DNA of 63,912 bases, counting the filler, from Octopus bimaculoides (taxonomy: Eukaryota): NCBI RefSeq assembly GCF_001194135.2. It is 8 parts of 8 records of this genome, joined end to end, with 100 filler letters (N's around TTAATTAATTAA, not from the genome) between each part and the next. Parts side by side here need not be neighbours in the genome. Positions count along the whole stretch, not along the records: positions 32,721 to 53,355 come from NC_069003.1; positions 53,456 to 55,506 come from NC_068984.1; positions 55,607 to 59,751 come from NC_068999.1; positions 59,852 to 62,121 come from NW_026388470.1; positions 62,222 to 63,912 come from NC_068982.1; 3 more parts are not named here. One strand, given 5' to 3'. Positions 50,636 through 63,912 of this stretch are shown here, in pieces (position 1 is the first letter of the stretch; each line of letters starts with the position of its first letter). The notes beneath the pieces were generated by a model that was given only the letters and a program-made list of their open reading frames with translations, ran no database searches and had not been told where the DNA came from. The translations under genes and the position numbers were made by a program.

Positions 50636-50919
50636 TAATATATATGCAGTTTTCGTTTGCCATATATAGGTATCTCATTATTTACACGGCATTAGAGATC
50701 TACGCCATCATTATTTGCGATGTTACCGTCTCTTCTTCTTCTTCTTCTACAAGCTGCTGCTGCTGCTAATCTTCCTCCTCCTTTTCCTGTGAAAATCGAT
50801 CGAATTTCATAAAACGTGACGTTGATTCGCGAAGGGATATACCTGTTATTTTCCCCGCCTTTTTATTATTATTATTGTTGCTTTTATCATCATGATTATC
50901 ATCATCACCATCTTCTTCT

Positions 50920-51240
50920 GCTTCTTCTTGACCTTGTTTTTCTTCTTCATTCCTTCTTCTTCTTCATTCCTTCTTCTTCTTCATTCCTTCTTCTTCTTCA
51001 TTCCTTCTTCTTCTTCTTCATTCCTTCTTCTTCTTCTTCTTCATTCCTTCTTCTTCTTCTTCTTCATTCCTTCTTCTTCTTCTTCTTCATTCCTTCTTCT
51101 TCATTCCTTCTTCATTTCTTCTTCTTCTTCATTCCTTCTTCATTCCTTTTTCTTCTTCATTCCTTCTTCTTCATTTCTTCTTCTTTTTCTTCTTCTTCAT
51201 TCCTTCTTCTTCATATTTTCTTCTTCTTCTTCTTCTTCCA
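50920..51240. repeat. (CTT)n tract punctuated by cattc
   Basis: Direct reading. Confidence 0.92.
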
Positions 51241-51639
51241 TTATGTCCTTCCCACATTTACTTACTTTCAGATACATAAGAACAATTAAGCTGCAACGAT
51301 AGAACAAAATTTAATATAAAATGAATAACGCTTCTAACATACACTCTCAGTCGTTTACATATGCACACATCGCCACACACGCGTGCACACGCACACGCGC
51401 GCGCGCAGTTAACACGCACCCCGCACGCGCACACAGACATATGCATAAACATGTGCAGGCACACAGACATACACACTAGCCATTTCTCTCTCTCTCTCTC
51501 TCTCTCACTCGTTCCTTCTGTCTCTCTTTGTCTCCCTGTTACTCTATATCTCTCTTTTTTCTCTCCCACTTCTTCTTTTTCCCCCCTGTCTTTATTTCCC
51601 TCTTTTCCCTTTACACACATACACACGTGCATAAAAATA

Positions 51640-52240
51640 CACGCATATATATACACACGCATATTTATATAGACATACATATATACCCGTACATATATAC
51701 GCATATATGCATATACACATATATATATATATATATACTTATGTACACGTATATGCATATATACATATATATACGTGCATATATATACACGTGCATATAT
51801 ACACACGTACATATATACACGTGTATAAATATATATTGTACATATATACATACATGTACATATATACACACGTACATTATACATATATATACTCGTACAT
51901 ACATACATACATATAAACACGTATGTACATATATACATATATACTTATTCACATATGTACACGTATATGCATATATGCATATATACTTATATAAATATAT
52001 ATATACGTACATACATACAGAGGTACATATATACACGTGCATATATACCCATGTATATATATACACTTACTTATATACATACAAGTACATATATACAAAC
52101 GTACATATATACACGTACATACAAGTACATATATACACAAGTACATATATATACGTACATACAAGTACATATATACACACGTACATATATACACGTACAT
52201 AAAGTATATATATGCACACGTACATATATATATATATATA
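51640..52240. repeat. Degenerate AT/AC low-complexity tract
   Basis: Recurring acatatatacacg/gtacatatatac units. Confidence 0.85.
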
Positions 52241-52767
52241 TTTAATCTATATTCCATTTAGCATAATGGTGTTCCTTTGTTACATGCTAACCAACTCATT
52301 TATTAATAGAAAGCTCGTACGTGTCCTCCATAACAGTCACGATTTACGAAAACTATAAAATTCAGGAAGAATAAATATCTGTGATAGGAAGTATATCACC
52401 CAAAACTCTCTGAATAAGTTCTCGATGATAGATTTGTTCAAATTCTCCAGTTCAATGCAACATGCACTTTTTCATAATCGGACAAATTCTTAACCACAAT
52501 CTAATACGATTGCATGCTCAGTTCTTCAGAAAAATGACCCCCATTAAAGGGCTGATTAAACTGGCATCGAAAGCCTCGCGATCTATTCTTTTTTGTTTTC
52601 TTTTTTCGTTTTTGGTGTGTATTTTCTCTTGTGTATAAGCTGTCCGAATGCATTTATGAAACAATTTTCTCAGATATACGTGCGAAATAAAAAAGAAGAA
52701 CACAGCTTGTTTTAGATGATTGTTATATTCTATTTTAATATATAACGTGGTAAAATATATTGCTGTC

Positions 52768-52962
52768 ATATTTTGGCACGAGGCCAGCAGTTTTGGGAGA
52801 AGGAGATGAGTCGATTACATCGACCTGAACGCTCAATAGGCATACATTTTATCGACCCCGAAAGAATGAAAGGCCAAGTCAACAATCGGCAGAATTTGAA
52901 CTCAGACCGTAGAGAATGGTGAAATGCCGCTAAACATTCTATCTGGCGTGCTAACGATTCTG
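52768..52962 (-). mobile_element. Family A SINE
   Basis: tttatcgaccccgaaagaatgaaaggccaagtcaac..tttgaactcag..gtgctaacgattctg. Confidence 0.85.
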
Positions 52963-53182
52963 TTAAAATTTTTCATGCATTTATTCAATTATTTGTCTAT
53001 CTATTTATCCCTGTTCGTTTATTCATAAAATATATTTGTCAACTAAATGTGGTGGACCTATTAGATGACGATGTTACTGTTGTTTTTAGCCCCAGGAAGA
53101 CACTTATATCAATCTATCACTTTATAAACCTATCTATATGCTTATTGAATTTAAAAGTTTCAAAATGTAGTTTCTTGCATCT

Positions 53183-53276
53183 TGGCACCTTGGGCAAGTG
53201 TCTTCTACTGTAGCCTCGGGCCGACCAAAGCCTTGTGAATGGATTTGGTAGACGGAAACTGAAAGAAGCCTGTCGC

Positions 53277-53311
<35 letters not shown>

Positions 53312-53355
53312 CTTATGTTTGTGTGTCTGTGTTTGTCCCCTCCCCCAACATCGCT
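53183..53355 (+). mobile_element. Family C SINE, middle part
   Basis: ggcaccttgggcaagtgtcttctactgtagcctcgggccgaccaaagccttgtg. Confidence 0.88.
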
Positions 53356-53477
53356 NNNNNNNNNNNNNNNNNNNNNNNNNNNNNNNNNNNNNNNNNNNNT
53401 TAATTAATTAANNNNNNNNNNNNNNNNNNNNNNNNNNNNNNNNNNNNNNNNNNNNTATATATATATATATATATTGT

Positions 53478-53660
53478 TGAAATTTACAAAAAAACAAAAG
53501 ACGACAGCAGGTGTATGAACAACAAGCAGGTGTATTAGTTTGACGCTCGGGAAAGTGAGGAAGTCTTTTGCATTTCGAGCCTACGCTCTTCAACAGAAAG
53601 GCATATAAGGAAATAAACAGAGTGAGAAGAAAAGTTCTTGTAGATTTATGGATCAATCAT
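53478..53660 (-). repeat. Family H copy 3
   Basis: Minus strand cctttctgttgaagagcgtaggctcgaaatgcaaaagac. Confidence 0.85.
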
Positions 53661-54484
53661 ATGTATATATATGTATGTATGCAGGTACACACATACATAC
53701 ATAGGTACATACATCCATACAGCTAGATATGTATACGTAAGTATACTGAGGTCGTCCTTTATCCAGGCACCGTTAAATACAAACAAGAATGAAATGCTAA
53801 AGTAAACTAATTCTTCTGCTACAGAAATATGATGAAGAATAAATGAGGTCTAAAGAAATTAGATTTCATTGTATTACATCGAATACTGCGTGTATAATAA
53901 TGTTATTGTAAGAACAACTCATTGTAAAACAGACTTCTAGTGATGTATATGTGATTTAATATCATCGAGGTATAAAGCTTATTAATTCCTCAACTATATG
54001 CTATTACACAGCAGGAATACTCCTTTTGTTCTATATATTTCGCTCTCTGAGACACGCACCTGATGACGTGCGAGTACACAGCTATTACGTTGTACTCACG
54101 CTGCATATGCATAATGTTTGAAACTCAGCAACTATACTTGCAGATATTTTCATATTTGTGTGAGTAAAGAAGCATGCGTATGTGTGTGTGTATGTGTGTG
54201 TGTGTGTGTGTGTATGTGTGTGTGTATGAATACATTTCATTGTGCATCAAAATGCTATTGTTTCATATCTAACTTATTAACTGCTTATATGTCATGGTAT
54301 GTATATGTCTTTGTACATACAGACATACATATTTCAATGAGATACGAGTAAGAAACTTGTAGAATAAAATGCAAAGCACGTCGTTAGTTATTGACTACCT
54401 AATGTCATCATGCAGTTGTAATATTCCTTGTGTTGTCACAATGAGGGAAATGCCGAAAGGATCTAAAGAAAGACTTACGTAAAC

Positions 54485-54592
54485 AATTGCCTGAAGAGGC
54501 GCATTTTTTAACTTGGATTTATGATAATGATTACTCAACTCCACAACAATGTACTGTACGTGTATGAATGTGTCGAAACAATTGTAGTGATT
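54485..54592 (+). ncRNA. Type I hammerhead ribozyme fold with a long loop II
   Basis: aattgc-CTGAAGA-ggcgcatt..(~61 nt)..aatgtgtc-GAAA-c-aatt-GTA-gtgatt: 6-bp stem I, 8-bp stem II (G:U pairs included), palindromic ACAATTGT stem III. Confidence 0.6.
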
Positions 54593-54780
54593 TTAAATAA
54601 AGAACGATGTTTATTCCATTTTCCATTATATATCTCCATACATATTTATATATTTACAGATATGTATGCATATATATATCCGACGATGTCATAGCTGGCC
54701 AAAACTTGCAAGTCACTATCAAAAACATTCATGCATAGGAATGATGAATGTGTGTGTGTGTGTGTGTGTATAAACTTTTT

Positions 54781-54975
54781 TCGCCATGATAGATCGCTAA
54801 CCACTTCACACATTTATATCTCTCATTGTTTCTTTCTGTGTTCCTTTCTGTGGAAGAGCGTAGGCTCGAAACATTAACTACTTTTTCAATTCCCGAACGT
54901 TATACTAATACATCTGTTTGTTTTCTACATAACATGTCTTCGTCTTTTATTTTTTGTTTTTTTTTGTGAATTCTC
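54781..54975 (+). repeat. Family H copy 4
   Basis: cctttctgtggaagagcgtaggctcgaaacattaac. Confidence 0.85.
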
Positions 54976-55064
54976 CTATATATAAATATATATTTATATA
55001 TTTATATATATAAATATATATTTATAAATATATATTTATATATAGGCTGACTGTGTGTGTATGG

Positions 55065-55129
<65 letters not shown>

Positions 55130-55453
55130 ATTTCTATTCATCTTTCTGTGTGCATATACTTAGGCATGCATGTGTACGGCATGTCAGTGTCAGTGTGTAT
55201 ATAGGTGTACACACACACGTGCACACACGCACATATCCCCGTATATGGAAAAACCACAAATGGCTAGTTAGCGTGTATAATTAAACAGCATCACATACAA
55301 ATACACGCAAACGACTGGAGTGCAGCTTTCAACTATACACATTGATGTATTTGCATAAACGTATGTACGTATGTATATATGTATGTATACATGCAAGCAT
55401 GTATAAATGTATGTATTTATGTATACATGCATGTATATATGTATATATATGCA

Positions 55454-55506
<53 letters not shown>

Positions 55507-55606
55507 NNNNNNNNNNNNNNNNNNNNNNNNNNNNNNNNNNNNNNNNNNNNTTAATTAATTAANNNNNNNNNNNNNNNNNNNNNNNNNNNNNNNNNNNNNN
55601 NNNNNN

Positions 55607-55656
<50 letters not shown>

Positions 55657-56390
55657 AAGGCAAGAATAAAACAAACAGACATATGAAAGCGTAAATTTTA
55701 GTATGTGTGCATATATCATGTGCTTATGCAAACATCTGTGTTTGACTATGTGAAACAAGACCGTTTCTGCGTGCCTCAAACTGCGATACTTCTGACGCAT
55801 TACACATAGGTATATGTATTTGTTTCATGCAAACCGGTTGCTGTCGTTAAAGATATTCTAAAAACCAGTTTCCATATCCATTAATCACCAGATTACGTAA
55901 AAGAATGTATATTTTTGTGCGTGTTTATGCATGTGCTTTCTCATTGTCTGTATGTGTGTCTATGTGTGTTTAAGCGTCCGTTTCTGTGGTGGCATAATTG
56001 GTACGTTTATTAGACCTAATGTTTCTCGTTCAGCTGTGAAGTCGTTGTCGGATCATGCGCAGTGCAGCAACCAAGAGGTCGGGATGCAACAGAAGAACGG
56101 GACTAAATACATCTGAAGTAAACTACCAGTGAGATTGCTTTAAGTCGTTTGCTGTACTTCCTAGAAATAGTAACAAGATCTCCCTCTCATTATACGTTAC
56201 TGTCTTAAGAAATACGAAGAATGAACTAGAAACTGCGGATCTTGGTTATGATAATTGTTAAATTGGATGGATGAATGACTGTTTCCATTGGAGGGAGGCA
56301 GTTTCAAGGCTGGAGCATACTGCGTCGTACATTCAGGAAATGTATTCGATCTTACGAAATTTTAGAGACAGACTAATCGGACGTCTCTCA

Positions 56391-56425
<35 letters not shown>

Positions 56426-56959
56426 ATATATATATATATANNNNNNNNNNNNNNNNNNNNNNNNNNNNNNNNNNNNNNNNNNNNNNNNNNNNNNNNNNNN
56501 NNNNNNNNNNNNNNNNNNNNNNNNNNNNNNNNNNNNNNNNNNNNNNNNNNNNNNNNNNNNNNNNNNNNNNNNNNNNNNNNNNNNNNNNNNNNNNNNNNNN
56601 NNNNNNNNNNNNNNNNNNNNNNNNNNNNNNNNNNNNNNNNNNNNNNNNNNNNNNNNNNNNNNNNNNNNNNNNNNNNNNNNNNNNNNNNNNNNNNNNNNNN
56701 NNNNNNNNNNNNNNNNNNNNNNNNNNNNNNNNNNNNNNNNNNNNNNNNNNNNNNNNNNNNNNNNNNNNNNNNNNNNNNNNNNNNNNNNNNNNNNNNNNNN
56801 NNNNNNNNNNNNNNNNNNNNNNNNNNNNNNNNNNNNNNNNNNNNNNNNNNNNNNNNNNNNNNNNNNNNNNNNNNNNNNNNNNNNNNNNNNNNNNNNNNNN
56901 NNNNNNNNNNNNNNNNNNNNNNNNNNNNNNNNNNNNNNNNNNNNNNNNNNNNNNNNNNN

Positions 56960-57019
<60 letters not shown>

Positions 57020-57514
57020 TTGTGTGTGTTTGCATATATCTATGTATATATATATGCACACATACATATATTCATACATGCATATGTACATATACATACA
57101 TACGGACGTACATACTCGCACAAACACGAGGTAGATGTATGTGTATGTGTGTAAGTACCTGTTTATCAAGGTGTAGCTTATTTCTGCAAAATCTGTGCGT
57201 ATGTATGTATCTATATATGTATGTATAATGTCTTGTATTAATGTAGTGCAGTTTAATTACGTATCATAACAAGATATATGTCCATAAATATTTAATACGT
57301 GAAAAGGTATTTAAAAGAGTCCTTGTAATAAGCAGATAGTGACTTCGCAGTTTCGCCGGCATATGTAATACTCTGGTAAAGTGAATTATATGTATAAATG
57401 GTGTTCGAATTATCAATAATAGATTAGAAATAATAAAAGGAACGGGAATAAGTTTATATATATATATGTATATATATATATATGTGTGTGTAGGTGTGTG
57501 TGTGCGTGCGTGCA

Positions 57515-57690
57515 TCTGCGTTTGTCCCCCCACTGTTTGACAATCGGTCTTGCTGCGTTTACGTCAACGTAACCTAGTAGTTCGACAAGAAAGACCAATT
57601 GATAAAGTACCAGGCTTAAACAAACACTACGTATTGGGGGACTTTTGTTCCTCAGGGTGTTGTCTCAGCATGGCCGAAATATAATGACTG
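57515..57690 (+). mobile_element. Diverged family C SINE, 3' half
   Basis: tttgtccccc..tttacgtc..gtaacctag..agtaccaggctt..cagcatggccg..atgactgaaa. Confidence 0.65.
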
Positions 57691-57695
57691 AAAAA

Positions 57696-57753
<58 letters not shown>

Positions 57754-57818
57754 GTACGCGTATGCACACACACACACACGCGCACACATAGATCCATCCA
57801 TCCATACATACATACATA

Positions 57819-57854
<36 letters not shown>

Positions 57855-59066
57855 TACGGGATTTTCAAAATGGCGCCGTAATAACGGAAACATAAGAAAA
57901 AGCATTATTACAAAGTTCTCTTTAAAATATTCTGGTAAAATTTTCATATTTTTTTCATTTTCTGATGAAATATTTTTAGTTGTATAAACAAAAATAAAAA
58001 TTTTAGAAGCGTGTCTTTTAAAATATTCGAAAATTTTAATAAGTCTCACAAAAAAAACCTTTTTCGTTTTAAAAATAATTCGATATTTTGTACTATAACA
58101 ACATTTCGTTTTCTTTGCAATTAAATTATCATTCGAACTTATGGAAGTATTATGAATTAATGTGACTACTGAGAGCGATGCTCATTCTATCACAAACAGA
58201 TTGATGTAAAATATCTCCACCTAATTAATGTAACAAAAGATATAATTAATTAGGCCAGAGGTGACAAGTATTTGAAAAAAGAATTTGCCTGTAAAGAAAT
58301 ACAAAATATATTTCTGAATGAAGCAAATGAATTAAACAGAGAGAAATATGACAGAATTAACGTAGTTAATCAATTTAATGACGTTAATCGATCATTTCAG
58401 CTTTATATCTTCAACAAGAATCTTATAATTTCCATAATCCACGCGTTCTTTTTGCTTCCATAAGCGATAAAGACTAGCAACGGTTCGTTTTCATATATCT
58501 TCTTTCATTAAATTAATCTGTGATTTTTAATCACCCAAGGAAGGATCCATGCTCCTACAGTTGATTTGAATGTTGTATTGTGGATTTTTCTTAGTTAAGA
58601 TTAAGAACAAAACATCATGATTTTGTTGTTGTTGTTTTTTTTTTTGAAGAATGCTTCTCTGTGTTTGGATGGGAGTGTTGCATACATAAGACGTACTCTG
58701 GAATCCGAGGTGAATTATGGAATAAAAAGCTGTGATGGTTACGGCTGGAATGGATTTTGATATTCTCACACGTCTGTCACAACAATGCGACGAAAAGCAG
58801 TTAAAACAGCAGAGATTTATAACCACAACAGCATCATCAACACCAGCAACCAGAACAGCAAGAACAACAACATATCAGCAACAACAATAACAGCAATAGA
58901 TCTTTTCGGTTGCTGTTACATATTTCATATTTTTTCAATTTTCTTCCAATCGTTTCTAAATTTAGCTTTACCGTATATTTAGCTTTAAGTATGAAAATGA
59001 AAATCAATTTTATCGTAAATTAATGAATATAAGTTAATACTTTCTAAAATTTGCAAATTTTCTGTA

Positions 59067-59420
59067 GGCGTAGGAGTGGCTGTGTGGTAAGTAGCTTGCT
59101 TACAAATCACATGGTTTCGGGTTCAGTCCCACTGTGTGGCACCTTGGGCGAGTGTCTTCTACTATAGCCTCGGGCCGACCAAAGCCTTGTGAGTGGATTT
59201 GGTAGACGGAAACTGTAAGAAGCCCGTCGTATATATGCATATATATGTATGTGTGTATATGTTTCTGTGTCTGTGTTTGTCCCCCCCCCCCAACATCGCT
59301 TGACAACCGACGATAGTGTGTTTACGTCCCCGTAACTTAGCGGTCCTGGGGTCGATTTGCTCGACTAAAGGTGGTGCTCCAGCATGGCCGCAGTCAAATG
59401 ACTGAAACAAGTAAAAGAGT
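59067..59420 (+). mobile_element. Family C SINE, near full length with an internal deletion
   Basis: tRNA-like head (tggctgtgtgg; ggttcagtccc), CORE-like caccttgggcgagtgtc, internal (TA/TG)n, gtaaaaga tail. Confidence 0.9.
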
Positions 59421-59890
59421 AATCGAAAGCCACAATTATATATATGACTGTAAATCTCACATGGGTATGTTTCCATAGTAACAAGCAAATCTGTAGTCTA
59501 CTCTGGTTTCTTTGTAGCAATTACCCTGGTAATTGTGACAATTATGCTGTACCTAATGAGACTGACACTTTCACCACCGCAAGCCCCCGGCCACCAGTTT
59601 TGACGAGCGATATCATTTTGTGTGTCTGTGTTACAGACAGCTATTATGCAGAAAATGCACGGCGTTCGATTCCTGTTTTCGGATTGGACTAAAATTTACC
59701 AAATGTTCAACCTCTGTAGCACTTTTCTAATTTTTCTTTTTTTTTTTTTTTNNNNNNNNNNNNNNNNNNNNNNNNNNNNNNNNNNNNNNNNNNNNTTAAT
59801 TAATTAANNNNNNNNNNNNNNNNNNNNNNNNNNNNNNNNNNNNNNNNNNNNTCCTCCTCCTCCTCCTCCTCCTCTTCTTTCTTCTTCTTC

Positions 59891-62110
59891 TTCGGCTGCT
59901 GCTGCTTAAACTATCAAAAAACCAAGAGCTTACATCCCTCATATCAAATATTAGTAGATCTGCTACTACCTATTACCAAGCTTTCACAAGGGTAAAAGAG
60001 ATGTCTTTCTGGATGTTTTGCGTTCTTGTCCCATTTTTTATAATCCCTTTATAAAATCCCTTTATAAAACAATAAATAAAAACACCCAACTAGTATCCTT
60101 CGATGTAGTCAACCTCTATTCTAATATCCCCCACAGCCTAGGAATAGAGGCAATTCATTTCTGGCTAGAGAATTACTCCAATGAACTCCCACATCACATC
60201 AAAAAAGAATTCGTAATAGAAGGGCTAAAATTCAGTCATCTTGGAGAATGACTTATTTGTCTTCAAAGACAACTCTATCGACAAAAAGTGAGGACTGCGA
60301 TGGGTACGAGAATGGCCCCCTCCTTTGCTAACCTAGTCATGAGATATCTAGAAATCAGTCTTTATCGTAAGATACAAGAAAATAAGGCATCTCATTCTTC
60401 CTCTACATAGAAAATAACTGGTAGAGGTATCTGGATGGTTACTTCATTCTTTGGAATGAAAGTAAAGAGAGACTTAAAGAATTTCAAGAACTTATAAATG
60501 GATTTAACATAAACATTCAATTTACGATGGAATATAGACATCAACAACTTCCATTCCTCTACATCCTCATTAAGAAATTCAACAACAAAATAGAAACAGA
60601 TATATACTATAAGCCCACGGACTCCAAGCAATATCTACCGTTCAACTAGAATGTATATCCCCTTCAACCTAGCAAAAAGGATTTGTACTATAGTTTCTAA
60701 TACAAACACCATGGACATACGACAACATGAATTAAAGGATACACTCATTACCAGGAACAACCCACCATCACTAATTGATATAGGCTTTCAACGTGCCCTT
60801 CAACTCAACATCAACGAACTCAGACATCCCAAACTAAAGAAGGATTTACAACCAAAAAAACCCTACCATACATTTCCACACACAACCCTCCTAATAATGA
60901 AGCCTTCGACACCATCCCCCTGAAATTCCCCTACTAAAAAGGGACAACAGAATGAGTTTAATCCTCCAAACGCACACCATCATAAAGAGCAAAAGACAAC
61001 CCAAATCTATAAAAAGTCTCCTAACACAAGCCCAAGTACATTCGGCAACAACAACACTGAAGCCGTCAGTAAAAAAAAAAATGCGGAAGGCCTAACTGTG
61101 GTATATGAGTGAACCTAACTGAGGGATCGGAGTTCTCTTTTAAACAGGGTCAACGTCTTACAGTGAAAAACAACTTCACATGTGCTTCGGAAAAACTAAT
61201 ATATGTATTAATTTGGTTCGGGTGTCGAGAGCAATACATAGGCCAAACCAAAAACAGTTTACGCCAACGGACGACTCTACATAGATCCCAGATTAAAATT
61301 CGGGAATACAGAAAAATAGCATTCAGGAAACACATCGACATTTGCGCCACTAACGAACAACCCAACTTCAGAATTTTTCCCCTCTATAAATTCAGGGACG
61401 ATGTAACCTATAATCAGTGCATTAGCAAAGAGTCATATTTTACCACAAAATGTAAGCCCCTTTTGAATGCGTCCGTCGCAAATGACACTACTACAAGGGC
61501 CTAAGCATAAAACCCATGTAAATATTAAAAACGATATATTCAGAACAGTCACTAGTCATGAATTTATTCAGAACAATTCCAATCACTACTATTATAACCA
61601 CAACAGGTCACTTTTAAGTCACTTGACCATTTAAGAGGATTCCACCAACATCCTGCCACTGTCATACCACTCCTATATTTTTCTTATTCTTTCTCTTCTT
61701 CTTCTTCTTCTTCTTCTTCTTCTTCTTCTTCTTCTTCTTCTTCTTCGTCTTCTTCTTCCTCTTCTTCTTTCTCCTTATTCTTTTCTCCTTCTTTCTCTTT
61801 TTCTACTTATTCTTTCTTCTTCTTCTTTCTCTTTCTTCTTCTTCTTCTTCTTTTTCTTCTTCTTCTTCTCCCTCTCTTTATTCTTCTTCTTCTTCTCCTT
61901 TTTCTTCTTCTTTTTCTCCTCCTCCTCCTTCTTCTTTTTTTCTTCTCCTTCTCTTTTTCCTCCTCCTTCTCTTTCTCCTCCTCCTCCTCCTCCTTCTTCT
62001 TCGGCTACTGCTGCTTAAACAATCAAAACTAAGAACTCACATCCCTCATATCAAATATTCTTTTAGATCTGCTACTACCTACTACCAAGCCTTCACAAGA
62101 GTAAAAGAGA
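59891..62110 (+). mobile_element. Penelope-like element relic (RT + GIY-YIG) flanked by ~110-bp direct repeats (59891-60001, 62000-62110)
   Basis: LVSFDVVNLYSNIPH, TAMGTRMAPSFANL, RYLDGYF, IQFTME, TDIYYKPTDSKQYL, IPFNLAKRIC, CGRPNCG, FTCASEKLIYVL..C..QYIGQT..LRQR..LH, KE..F..K.KPLLN. Multiple stops and frameshifts. Confidence 0.92.
61690..62000. repeat. (CTT)n/(CCT)n tract
   Basis: Direct reading. Confidence 0.92.
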
Positions 62111-62221
62111 GAGAGAGAGAGNNNNNNNNNNNNNNNNNNNNNNNNNNNNNNNNNNNNNNNNNNNNTTAATTAATTAANNNNNNNNNNNNNNNNNNNNNNN
62201 NNNNNNNNNNNNNNNNNNNNN

Positions 62222-62254
<33 letters not shown>

Positions 62255-62929
62255 AATAAACAGATAAAGTACGCCTGCTACATTAAGAAACTGATATTGT
62301 ACACCACTAGAATCGTGCTAAATATTACAGAATATAGGGAATTGTAATATTATACTGATTATAGTCAGTATATTTAATTCATCACAAAGGGGGAATATTT
62401 ATAATTACATATGTCGACCAACATACGCTCACATGTACATACATAAGTAAATACATGCGTACATACATATATATATACATATATAAACGCACACTCATAC
62501 ACCCACACATATTAATCTTATTTGTGAAATTACTAAAAATATAACTCTTCGTAAATATTTTGCTTCTCTTTCACGTTGTTTCCGTATTAACAAAAATACC
62601 ACATTATATATATATTTATATATATGTGTGTATGTATGTGTGTGTATCTATATATGCGTGTATATATATATATATATATATATATNNNNNNNNNNNNNNN
62701 NNNNNNNNNNNNNNNNNNNNNNNNNNNNNNNNNNNNNNNNNNNNNNNNNNNNNNNNNNNNNNNNNNNNNNNNNNNNNNNNNNNNNNNNNNNNNNNNNNNN
62801 NNNNNNNNNNNNNNNNNNNNNNNNNNNNNNNNNNNNNNNNNNNNNNNNNNNNNNNNNNNNNNNNNNNNNNNNNNNNNNNNNNNNNNNNNNNNNNNNNNNN
62901 NNNNNNNNNNNNNNNNNNNNNNNNNNNNN

Positions 62930-62970
<41 letters not shown>

Positions 62971-63694
62971 CACATTGATTTATAGATATATATATTCGTA
63001 GACGTTTGCAAATCTGTTGTAAGTTACATGTATCTATTTAAAGGATGCACTACAAAGTGCATCCCTTAGCTAGGGAAATACTAGGAAAATACATTGCGCA
63101 TATTTGGATGTAACCTAATCCGTTTGGAAAATGTGAGGAACTTTTGTAGTCTTCACGATATTTGTTTCTTTTTTTTTTATCTAGGATCAAATCGTTGTAA
63201 GCTTCCTGAACTACGTTTCATTTTTTTTTTTATATATATCGTAAACTGTACTTAACTTTTCATCCATTGATCTTCGTAAAAGCATGAGACATCGTTGACA
63301 TGGTCCAGCTGTTGTTGTGTCATGCACCTTATAACGTCCCAAATATATTTACGCTCCGAACACTATCTCCCTTCTTCCTTCTTCCAATTAACCTCTTATT
63401 CTCCACCACTTGTTATCCCCCCACTTTCATTCTCTTTAGTTCGTTTCTTTCTTCCTATCCTTTCCTCTCGTCTCCTTCTATCTTCATTGTTCTTGTCCCC
63501 GTAGTTTCTGCCTCCCCTTAATATTTTTATTTCTCTATATTTTTTAAAATATTTTCTTTTAGCGAAAAACTGTTTTCATTCTGCTCTTTTCACTCCTCTC
63601 GTGCATATGTACATATACGTACATACGTACATACGTACATACGTACATACGTACGTACATATACATATATGTACATACATATACATATATGTAC

Positions 63695-63730
<36 letters not shown>

Positions 63731-63751
63731 GTGTGTATGTATTATATAGAT

Positions 63752-63890
63752 GCAGGAGTGGCTGTGTGGTAAGTAGCTTGGTTGAATCCCACTGCGTGGC
63801 ATCTTGGGCAAGTGTCTTCTACTATAGCCTCGGGCCGACCAAAGCCTTGTGAGTGGATTTGGTAGACGGAAACTGAAAGAAGCCCGTCGT
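63752..63890 (+). mobile_element. Family C SINE 5' half with a small head deletion
   Basis: gcaggagtggctgtgtggtaagtagcttg..atcttgggcaagtgtcttctactatagcctcgggccgacc. Confidence 0.9.
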
Positions 63891-63912
63891 ATATATATAT
63901 ATATATATATAT

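Noticed and set aside
54060-54130. CTGATGA followed by a hairpin and a later GAAAC
   Set aside because: GAAA is not adjacent to the end of stem II and no stem I/III can be formed.
59505-59692. Candidate exon after ctttgtag with an open frame (NYPGNCDNYAVPNETD..)
   Set aside because: No recognisable protein similarity, no clear donor site and no partner exons.

Overview
AT-rich, microsatellite-dense eukaryotic genomic DNA with many N gaps. The SINE families and repeat landscape look like an octopus/coleoid cephalopod genome (inference, not verified). No host protein-coding gene can be supported: nearly all ORF-track entries are microsatellite or gap artefacts. Recognisable coding remnants are all transposon-derived: R4/Dong-type RLE non-LTR retrotransposons (5 loci, mostly tied to (AAT)n tracts), two Penelope-like elements, two Helitron pieces and two Tc1/mariner DD37D-type transposase relics. 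Three tRNA-derived SINE families and several MITEs fill much of the rest. Seven 100-bp artificial joins (44N-TTAATTAATTAA-44N) mean adjacency across them is not sequence-supported. Best leads: two unannotated hammerhead-ribozyme folds with canonical cores (27928-27962, 54485-54592), a four-copy ~180-bp repeat with a non-canonical hammerhead-like core, a diverged satellite with a 594-bp higher-order period (46809-48660), a ~540-bp element embedded in (AAT)n, and a modular rearranged block at 16868-17900. Most boundaries are approximate and were read by eye.
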